A stretch of 64,000 nucleotides of DNA, taken from Planctomycetota bacterium. Its GTDB lineage: Bacteria; Planctomycetota; UBA8108; UBA1146. The notes under the pieces were generated by a model that saw only the letters and a program-made list of their open reading frames with translations, was not told the origin of the DNA and did not search any database. Where the stretch lies: positions 20,774 through 84,773 of the forward strand of contig JAYZBV010000100.1 in the NCBI GenBank assembly GCA_036338595.1, given 5' to 3'. Below are positions 56,858 through 64,000 of this stretch, piece after piece (position 1 is the stretch's first letter; each line of letters opens with the position of its first letter). The position numbers and the translations under genes are program-made.

Positions 56858-57975
56858 TGAAAGATGGATGGATGACCTTCTTCAGTGTCTCAATCGACTG
56901 CTTCCAGTTCACCTGGACCAGGAATGCGCTGTCTCTGATATTGCTGCTGACCACTGGCCTTGCTGGAACCCTGGATTCGCATGCCGATGAAATCTACGTC
57001 ACCGGCGGGCGGGACTATCAGGGGGTGACCATCACCACTGCCACCTGGGAGCAGGTCGAGTACCGCCTTCAAGGTGTGAGTACATCACAGAAGATTGCTG
57101 CAGATCGGGTTCTCGAACTGGTCTTCTCACTCGAGCCGGTCGGGATTGGTCGTGGACGCGGAGCGTTGGAGCAAGGTGATTACGAGGGGGCGGTAGAGGC
57201 CCTCAAGAGTTCCACCAGTCAGGGCGACCCTCGCCAGAGAGCCAATGCCAAGTACCTGTACGGGATGGCCCTCTTGCGCTGGGGGGAACAGGATCCTGTG
57301 CACCTTCCCGAGGCGGTCGTTGCACTCGGTGAGTACCTCTCCGAATTCGAGCAGAGCAGGGACTACTATGTTCCCCATGCACGGATGGCGCTGGCGGAAG
57401 CTCACCGTCGTTCAGGGAATTGGACTGAAGCCGGGCAGGCACTGGCGGTACTGTCGGGAGGCGACCTGGGAAAACACTGGATTCTCGGAGCGACTCTGGG
57501 CAAGGCGGAAGTGCTACTCGCGCAGGATATGTGGGTCGAGGCGCGCGAGTTGTTCTCAACGGTAGCGAACGACTCGCAGGCCGGTGCCAGATTGGTTGCC
57601 GATGCCTGGCTCGGATACGCCACCTGTCAGGTTGGGCAGAAGCAGTGGAGTTCTGCCGCGGATACGGTGCGCCAGAAGATCCTGGAAACTCGGGATCGCA
57701 ACATCGAAACGATGACTTCCGCAAGAGCTCGCGCATGGTTGATCTGGGGGCGAGCAACACAGGGGAAGTCTCCCGATGACAGGGCAGAACTGCAGTGGGC
57801 GATGATTCGCTACTTCAGGGCAACAGTGATTGCGACAGCCGGCGATGGAGAGATCCTTGCCGAAGCACTCTTCAGAGCAAAAAGCGCTGCAATGGCACTC
57901 GGTCAGTCGGATCGCGTGGAGGAATTGACGCAGCGATTACAGCAACTGGTACCGAATTCGACATGGAATCGCTGA
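56857..57975 (+). CDS. Exported TPR protein
   Basis: Signal ending SHA-DEI, small beta N-domain, TPR helices and C-terminal AEALFRA...LQQLVPNSTW. TGATG coupling to the previous gene. Confidence 0.65.
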   Translation: MKDGWMTFFSVSIDCFQFTWTRNALSLILLLTTGLAGTLDSHADEIYVTGGRDYQGVTITTATWEQVEYRLQGVSTSQKIAADRVLELVFSLEPVGIGRGRGALEQGDYEGAVEALKSSTSQGDPRQRANAKYLYGMALLRWGEQDPVHLPEAVVALGEYLSEFEQSRDYYVPHARMALAEAHRRSGNWTEAGQALAVLSGGDLGKHWILGATLGKAEVLLAQDMWVEARELFSTVANDSQAGARLVADAWLGYATCQVGQKQWSSAADTVRQKILETRDRNIETMTSARARAWLIWGRATQGKSPDDRAELQWAMIRYFRATVIATAGDGEILAEALFRAKSAAMALGQSDRVEELTQRLQQLVPNSTWNR

Positions 57976-58035
57976 TCAACAGGAATCGATCCAGCTACAG
58001 GGTCACTCCCTGAGCTATTGAGAGGAAACGCACAG

Positions 58036-58782
58036 ATGAACATGACGAGTCTTTTCCGCGGAAAGTATTCGCGGCAGGTACTCATGATCCTGGTGTTGCT
58101 GGTGGTGGGGGCAATCGTGTCTCCTCTGGCTCAGGCCCAGGATCCTGCCCCTGTTGAGACGATTTCCATTCTGGATAATATCCTGGCCGCAGGAGTTGTC
58201 GGTGTAGTGCTGATCTTGCTTTCGGTTGCAGGAGTGTCACTGATCATCATGAACGCCATGCAGATGCGTCGAGATGTGCTAGTGCCTCCTGAACTGGTTG
58301 GCCATGTTGAAGGATTGTTCGAGACCGGTGACTACGAATCTGCGCTGGACGCCTGTGAGCAACAGCCCAGTTACTTTTCCAGCGTGCTCGCCGCAGGACT
58401 TCCAAAAATTGACCGCCCCTATGATGAAATCATGGAAGCGATGGAGGAAGCTGGCGAGGTGGAGGCTGCGCATCTGCACAGGAAAATCAGCCTCATCTCG
58501 CTGATTGCGGCGATTTCACCGATGTTGGGACTTCTGGGAACCGTGATCGGCATGGTCTCGGCATTCAATGTCATCGCCATCAGCAAGACATCGCCCAAGC
58601 CAAAGGAACTGGCGGGCGGTATCTCCCAGGCGTTGATGACGACGATGATGGGACTGATCGTGGCGATACCGATGACCGTGGCCTACTTCATCTTCAAGAC
58701 GAAGATCGACGCTGCTGCGGTGGAGGTGAGTAGTACTGCTACCGAGTTGATGGAACAGTTTGACGACCATCAGGTCCAGTAA
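58036..58782 (+). CDS. MotA/TolQ/ExbB proton channel family protein
   Basis: Cleavable-looking signal (AQA-QD) and TM helices. SPMLGLLGTVIGM and LAGGISQALMTTMMGLIVAIP. Confidence 0.93.
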   Translation: MNMTSLFRGKYSRQVLMILVLLVVGAIVSPLAQAQDPAPVETISILDNILAAGVVGVVLILLSVAGVSLIIMNAMQMRRDVLVPPELVGHVEGLFETGDYESALDACEQQPSYFSSVLAAGLPKIDRPYDEIMEAMEEAGEVEAAHLHRKISLISLIAAISPMLGLLGTVIGMVSAFNVIAISKTSPKPKELAGGISQALMTTMMGLIVAIPMTVAYFIFKTKIDAAAVEVSSTATELMEQFDDHQVQ

Positions 58783-58804
58783 CGCATAGTCTGGAGACAT
58801 AGCG

Positions 58805-59308
58805 ATGGCGAGAAAGAAGAAGGCGAAAAAGATCCACGAGGGTGTCGAGATGGACATGACTCCGATGATTGACATCGTGTTCCTTCTGATTGTCTTTTTC
58901 ATGGTTGTGACGGAACTTGCCGTCCAGCAGGCGGTGGTCATCCTTCCGGTAGCCAGTGAGGCGAAAGTTGAAGAACCACAACCCGGTTCCAGAATCCTGG
59001 TCGTGAATGTGTCGTTCGGAAAAGATGGAAATGAAATCCTCCAGTTGATGAATGGGGAGCCGTTGACTCCGAAGGAACTGGAAGTTGAATTGAAAGCGGA
59101 AGCTGAGGCGTACGGAAAGTTTGAAGACAACCCAAACAATCCGACTATGAAATTGTCCACTCTGCAGGTGACGATACGGTGTGACCAGGGAGCAGAAAGT
59201 GGAAACATTCACAAGATCTTTGCAGCCTGTCAGGCGGCAAGGATCTATCAGGTGAGTTGTGCAGCGATCAACGAGAGGTTGGAAGACCCGTACGTGACCC
59301 AGCCCTGA
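58805..59308 (+). CDS. ExbD/TolR family protein 1
   Basis: MDMTPMIDIVFLLIVFFMV with the conserved TM Asp, LPVA and VTIRCD. Confidence 0.9.
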   Translation: MARKKKAKKIHEGVEMDMTPMIDIVFLLIVFFMVVTELAVQQAVVILPVASEAKVEEPQPGSRILVVNVSFGKDGNEILQLMNGEPLTPKELEVELKAEAEAYGKFEDNPNNPTMKLSTLQVTIRCDQGAESGNIHKIFAACQAARIYQVSCAAINERLEDPYVTQP

Positions 59309-59358
59309 AGGCAGTACGGTTCGGTCGAGGTAAACCACGGTGATGGAAAGGAGGAAGA

Positions 59359-59871
59359 ATGGCGCGGCGAGCAAAGCCGAAACGAAATGTTGGCGAAGTG
59401 GAAACTGACATGACATCGATGATCGATGTTGTTTTCCTCCTGCTGATCTTTTTCATGTTGGCGACCAAGTTCAAATTGCCCGAGGGAACTTTGCGTTCGT
59501 ATCTGCCGAAGAACCGGGGCGAATCCAACAGCAGACCGATCATGTCGGAAACCTGCAGAATCACGCTGATGAACCAGGGTGGGCAGGTGATCGCCTACGC
59601 AGATCAGGCTCAAGTGCCCGTCAGTGACCTCCTCGATTCGGATTTCGAGCAGCACACCGGGATTCCAGGGCCAGATCTGCTCTTCATCGAGGACCATATT
59701 GGCCGCAGAAAGGCGACCTATGTGCCATTAGATGGTACGGGAACCCTTCCAGTGGTCATCGATTTCGCTGAGAATGTGCCTTACAAATATGTCATGGATG
59801 TCCTGAACATCTGTGCCAGAGCGAGAATTGATAACATCGCCTTTGCCCAGCCGGAGATTCCGCTGGAGTGA
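59359..59871 (+). CDS. ExbD/TolR family protein 2
   Basis: DMTSMIDVVFLLLIFFML with the conserved TM Asp, YLPK and VVID...VPYKYVMDVLN...IDNIAFA. Confidence 0.9.
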   Translation: MARRAKPKRNVGEVETDMTSMIDVVFLLLIFFMLATKFKLPEGTLRSYLPKNRGESNSRPIMSETCRITLMNQGGQVIAYADQAQVPVSDLLDSDFEQHTGIPGPDLLFIEDHIGRRKATYVPLDGTGTLPVVIDFAENVPYKYVMDVLNICARARIDNIAFAQPEIPLE

Positions 59872-59878
59872 GGTGGTG

Positions 59879-59911
59879 ACTGCCGAATCGGTAACTGTGT
59901 TTTTCGGCAGT
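59879..59911 (+). other. Intercistronic hairpin before secretin 2
   Basis: ACTGCCGAA...TTCGGCAGT 9-bp inverted repeat with no U-tract. Confidence 0.5.
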
Positions 59912-59991
59912 GCTGAAGATTGAATACATACTGCTCAGTTCGTCGATGTCCTCTTCAGGGAGGAATAGGCGACAAAAGAAAGGGTGCTCTC

Positions 59992-62676
59992 GTGATCGAG
60001 ACCCAAACCTCAAGCCCACGCGCATCGTTCCAATTCGCATGGGTGCTATGTGGACTGCTGTCTGCTGGCTTCGCCGTTTCTTCCCTGGCTGGCTGCGCCG
60101 GTTCCTCTGGCGACATTCTTGCCTCGTCAAGGAATGAGGTGACCGTTGAGCCACCTCGCACGGCGACAGGGGACTCCAGCCAGGATCTCTTCTCCAAGAC
60201 TTCTGGGGGGAACCAGGATGCCTCGGATGATGCGGTTCAGAATATCGCTGACGAGATCTCGCTCGAAGCACAGGAGCGTCGGCGTACTGCAATATGGCTT
60301 GTTGCTCAGGCAGACCGTTTCTTCGCCGAGGCCGATTACGCTGCGGCTGAGAGGGCGTATCGCAGAGCGCTGGATGCAGATCCCAGCCTGCAGGAAGCAA
60401 AGAAGAATCTTGCTCGCTGCCTGATGTTCCTTGGTCGTCGTGACGGAGAGATCCTCACCGTGCTCCAGCAGTTCGGCGAAGAGGTCCAGGTACTCGAGCA
60501 GCAGCGTCTCAGCGAGGCCACTCGGTTTCTTGCCGAGGGTAAGGCGGCTCTCGAGGATGGCAGAACCGATGAGGCCCTCGATTTACTTCAGCGTGCTCGC
60601 GAACGTCTGATCTGGTTCGAGTATGGTGTCGATGTTACGGAGATGCAGGAGGAAGCTCAGGCTCTCTACGATCGGGCCCGAAATCTCAAGATCTCATCGG
60701 ATGAGGTGGACCGTCGAAGCCGCGAAGAGTTCGCAATTCGCGAGGCGGAGCGGCTCACTTCGGAGGCTGAACAGCGCCGGGTCGAGCGAATCGCAACATT
60801 GATGGACCGCATCGAGGACGCCATGGTCCGGGAGGATTTCCGCGAGGCGGCTCAACTGTGCAAGACGATCCTGCAAATCGATCCTCAGAATAGTAGTGCT
60901 CAGCGTCTCCAGGAGCGTGCTCAGGAGTACCTGTCCTCGCACCGATATGTCAACTACCTCGAGCGTGACAAGGAACAGGAAATCAGGGTGTGGGAGGATC
61001 TGAAGCGTTCAGCGATCCCTTATGAGGATCCATTCCGTTTCCCGGACTCCCGTGACTTCTGGCAAACTGAGGTTCAGCAGCGCCTGAGTCGTCTATCGAC
61101 GGCGAGCCTCGAGGAATCGCCGGAGATCCGCAAGATCCGCAGAACTCTCGCCTCGGGTTCGACCTCATTTGACTTCCCGGATGCAAATCTAGCCGAGGTC
61201 GTCGATTTCCTTCGCAGCGTCAGTGACCTCAACATCAATATCGATCCCGAGATCGAAGGGGCCGATGTCCCGGTAAATTTGTCGCTCGACGGTGTCAAAC
61301 TGGGTGAAGCACTCGACCTCATCATGAAGTCTACGGGGAAAGCCTACACCTTCCGCGAAAATGTGTTGTTCATCACCGAGCCAGAGAACGCCTTTGGAAA
61401 CCTCTTGTTCGAGATCTACAACGTCACCGACATCCTCAACAAGATCAGAGATTTCCCGGGACCGAGGATTCGCGTCACCAGTAATGACGAAAGCGATGAT
61501 GGTGGAGGCAGTAATCCCTTCGACTTCGGTGGGTTTGATGAGGAAGAGGATGCGGAATTGACCCCGGATGACCTGGTCGAACTGATCCAGGAGTCTACCG
61601 GTGGTTCTGAGTCATGGGATGATTCCGGATCGACCATCAGTGGTCACAAGGGTCAGATTCTGGTCACCGCTACTCGTGAACTGCATCTGGCAATCCATGA
61701 TTTCCTCCAGAATCTCCGGACCAACAGCGATGTTTTCGTGGTTGTTGAAGCACGATTCATCGACATGGTGGACGACTTCCTCGAGGACATCGGTGTCGAT
61801 TCGAGAAATCTTGGCCAACCTCCTGGTCAGGGATTCGGAACCGCTTACGGCAACCTGAACTCCTCGGGCACTGGCGGATCCGACATCGGATTCAACAATC
61901 TTGGAGATCCGACCGATCCGGCACTGATCATGGGGCAGGACCGTACAGCTGGACGGATGCAACACATCCTGGACGGTTTCGTGGGAGCAGCCCGAGGTAG
62001 CCGACTCAATGCAACCTTGCGTGGCTTGACGATGCAGGTCACCTGGCTCGATCCCTTCCAGATCAATGCGATCATTCGCGCCAGCCAGGAGCAGCGCGCT
62101 GCACGGATCGTCACGGCACCCAAGGTGACCGCTTCGAACGGCCAGAGAGTGCATGTTTCCGTGATCACGCAGCGATCCTATGTTCAGGATTACGAACTGG
62201 TCTCAGGTGGTACCGGTCTGGTGGTCTCGGAAGTTGCTGACCCCGTCATCGACACCTTTCAGGATGGAGTCGTGCTCGATGTGCGTCCGGTGATCTCTGC
62301 AGATCGCCGATACATCACCATCGATGTGCGTCCTACGCTGGCAAGTCTCATCAACGGAGTGATCTCGACTGTGACGATCAGCCTCGGAACCTTGAACAAT
62401 GCAGCGAGCCTGGTGGAGATCGATCTGCCCGAGATATCGCTGCAACAGGCCTTCACTTCGGTGACAGTGCCAGATGGTGGAACGGTTCTACTGGGAGGAT
62501 TCAGGAGCCTCAATGAGCTCTCCTACAGGTCTCAGGTACCGATTCTCGGTAACATACCCTTCCTCAAGAATGCATTCCGTCGTAAGGCGTACCTCAATGA
62601 GAAGCGGAGTCTCTACATCCTCATCACGGCCAAGATTGTCGATCTGCGTGCTGAGGAGCGAAAACTCTACAACTGA
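59992..62676 (+). CDS. Secretin 2 (putative lipoprotein) with N-terminal TPR extension
   Basis: Lipobox LAGC, TPRs (AYRRALDADPS, ILQIDPQN) and STN-like FDFPDANLAEVVDFL. VVEARFI, APKVTASNGQ, LDVRPVISADRRYI, SVTVPDGGTVLLGG and VPILGNIPFLKNAF. Start codon uncertain. Confidence 0.87.
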   Translation: MIETQTSSPRASFQFAWVLCGLLSAGFAVSSLAGCAGSSGDILASSRNEVTVEPPRTATGDSSQDLFSKTSGGNQDASDDAVQNIADEISLEAQERRRTAIWLVAQADRFFAEADYAAAERAYRRALDADPSLQEAKKNLARCLMFLGRRDGEILTVLQQFGEEVQVLEQQRLSEATRFLAEGKAALEDGRTDEALDLLQRARERLIWFEYGVDVTEMQEEAQALYDRARNLKISSDEVDRRSREEFAIREAERLTSEAEQRRVERIATLMDRIEDAMVREDFREAAQLCKTILQIDPQNSSAQRLQERAQEYLSSHRYVNYLERDKEQEIRVWEDLKRSAIPYEDPFRFPDSRDFWQTEVQQRLSRLSTASLEESPEIRKIRRTLASGSTSFDFPDANLAEVVDFLRSVSDLNINIDPEIEGADVPVNLSLDGVKLGEALDLIMKSTGKAYTFRENVLFITEPENAFGNLLFEIYNVTDILNKIRDFPGPRIRVTSNDESDDGGGSNPFDFGGFDEEEDAELTPDDLVELIQESTGGSESWDDSGSTISGHKGQILVTATRELHLAIHDFLQNLRTNSDVFVVVEARFIDMVDDFLEDIGVDSRNLGQPPGQGFGTAYGNLNSSGTGGSDIGFNNLGDPTDPALIMGQDRTAGRMQHILDGFVGAARGSRLNATLRGLTMQVTWLDPFQINAIIRASQEQRAARIVTAPKVTASNGQRVHVSVITQRSYVQDYELVSGGTGLVVSEVADPVIDTFQDGVVLDVRPVISADRRYITIDVRPTLASLINGVISTVTISLGTLNNAASLVEIDLPEISLQQAFTSVTVPDGGTVLLGGFRSLNELSYRSQVPILGNIPFLKNAFRRKAYLNEKRSLYILITAKIVDLRAEERKLYN

Positions 62677-62710
62677 TTTGGACCGTAGCGTGGTCGAATG
62701 AACCACGACT

Positions 62711-62756
62711 CGGGGGTCGTTTCCTGGGCAGATGCCGGAAACGACCCCCGTTTCTT
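62711..62756 (+). terminator. Rho-independent terminator closing the secretin cluster
   Basis: 14-bp perfect stem CGGGGGTCGTTTCC / GGAAACGACCCCCG followed by TTTCTT. Confidence 0.75.
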
Positions 62757-62773
62757 GTCAGGAAGGTCACCGC

Positions 62774-63505
62774 ATGAGCGAAATTCGGGCGGTATTCTTC
62801 GATATTGACGGCACTCTATTTTCAACCGTTGACTTCGCATCTCGGGCCAGAGAAGCCAGTGTCGATGCGATGCTCGAAGCGGGGCTTCCAGTTGGCCGTG
62901 GCGAACTGCTGGAAGAACTGGCAGAGGTCGTTCGCGAGTTCTCCTCCAACTACGAACGGCACTTCGATAAGTTGCTACTTCGACTGCCGAGACGAGCGCT
63001 CAAGGGGCTCAATCCCGCGGTCATCATTGCGGCTGGAATCGTTGCTTATCACGATACGAAGACCCGTTTGCTGGAACCGTTCGAGGATGCCAGTGAAGTG
63101 TTGAGGCGTCTCGCACAGACCGATTTGATGCTCGGAATCATCACCGAGGGACTGGAAGTGAAGCAGGCGGAAAAGCTGGTGAGATTGCGTCTGCTCGAAT
63201 ATTTCCAGCAACGAGCGATCTTCATCTCTCACCAGGTGGGGATCTCCAAACCCAATCCAAAATTGTATCAGCGTGCCTGTATTGATCTGAATCTTCGGCC
63301 TTCCGAGTGCGTCTATGTGGGAGACAACCCGCTCATGGATGTAGACCCTGCCAATGAGATCGGCATGGTCACTGTTCAGGTCCAGCGCGAAGATCGGTAT
63401 CGAGATCTCAAGGGGGCGACGAACCCTGACCATGTCATCCAGAATTTCTGGGACCTGGCAGAACTGCTGCGTGAGCACGGTGTCGAGGTACCGGAGGTGC
63501 TCTAG
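62774..63505 (+). CDS. HAD-superfamily hydrolase (TIGR02253-like)
   Basis: FFDIDGTL, GIITEGLEVKQAEKL, SKPNP and YVGDNPLMDV. Confidence 0.88.
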   Translation: MSEIRAVFFDIDGTLFSTVDFASRAREASVDAMLEAGLPVGRGELLEELAEVVREFSSNYERHFDKLLLRLPRRALKGLNPAVIIAAGIVAYHDTKTRLLEPFEDASEVLRRLAQTDLMLGIITEGLEVKQAEKLVRLRLLEYFQQRAIFISHQVGISKPNPKLYQRACIDLNLRPSECVYVGDNPLMDVDPANEIGMVTVQVQREDRYRDLKGATNPDHVIQNFWDLAELLREHGVEVPEVL

Positions 63506-64000
63506 ATGTCGCATCCGCCGTATCTATCGATGGTCGTACCCTGCAGGGACGAGAAGGATGGGATTGAAAACCTCATCGTTCGTCTGGTTCCTGCGCTCGA
63601 GGCATCGGGAGTGGCATCTTTCGAGATCATATTTGTCGATGATGGATCCAGGGATGGAACGTCCGATGTCCTGAGTTCTGTTTGTGAGTCCGATGAGAGG
63701 TGCCGATTGATTCGGCTCAGGCGCCCTTTTGGCAAGGGAGATGCTCTGAGTGCGGGATTTGATGATGCCCGGGGTGAGGTGATCGGAACCATCGATGCGG
63801 ATCTTCAGGAATCACCTGAAGAACTGGATCGGTTACTGGACGCCATTGAAGATGGTGCGGACCTTGTCATCGGGTGGCGGCACCATCGCCTGGATGGTGC
63901 CGGAAAGCGCATCTCCTCGCTCCTCTTCAATGGTGCCGTCAGGCTGGCGGGGGGGCCGCCGATCCATGATGGAAATTGTGGATTCAAGTTGATCCGAAGC
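63506..64000 (+). CDS. GT2 glycosyltransferase, ArnC/DPM-synthase-like (3' partial)
   Basis: Read directly from the DNA: MSHPPYLSMVVPCRDE...EIIFVDDGSRDGT...RPFGKGDALSAGF...TIDADLQ. The frame is open to the window end. Confidence 0.88.
   Translation, partial: MSHPPYLSMVVPCRDEKDGIENLIVRLVPALEASGVASFEIIFVDDGSRDGTSDVLSSVCESDERCRLIRLRRPFGKGDALSAGFDDARGEVIGTIDADLQESPEELDRLLDAIEDGADLVIGWRHHRLDGAGKRISSLLFNGAVRLAGGPPIHDGNCGFKLIRS

Noticed and set aside
1..64000. Visually frequent ATCGA/CGATC words (HIP1-like?), and any mobile element or CRISPR array
   Set aside because: The words are plausibly explained by ATC-GAx and GAT-Cxx codon pairs and need a Markov-model count to assess. No transposase, integrase, terminal repeats or spaced repeat array were seen.

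Overview
GC-rich, gene-dense bacterial chromosome segment with about 45 CDS. I see no rRNA, tRNA, CRISPR array, transposase or prophage. Gene content suggests a diderm PVC-type organism, probably Planctomycetota (inference from the ECF sigma/Ser-Thr kinase pair, prenyltransferase-repeat and HEAT proteins, PilM-PilN fusion, TPR-bearing secretins, and LptD and lipid A acyltransferase genes). The first ~46.6 kb is mostly housekeeping, metabolism and envelope genes: ruvC, infA, acs, ahcY, aceE, sfsA, a fused E2o-E1o 2-oxoglutarate dehydrogenase (kgd/odhA type), rnd, purC, purE, mtnA, comEC, lptD-like, coaD, ridA, oppD/oppF, mtaB and udg. The most notable feature is a ~16 kb co-directional cluster (46.6-62.75 kb) between a strong sigma70-like promoter with a ~620-nt structured leader and a rho-independent terminator. 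It encodes a PilM-PilN fusion, a PilO-like protein, a membrane-anchored protein, TWO paralogous TPR-extended secretins, two exported TPR proteins and an ExbB/TolQ + 2x ExbD/TolR proton-motor set. It contains no pilin, assembly ATPase, PilC platform or TonB. This is a candidate PMF-energised secretin machine. Start codons were refined by eye from RBS-like motifs. All function calls come from motif recognition; no database searches were run.
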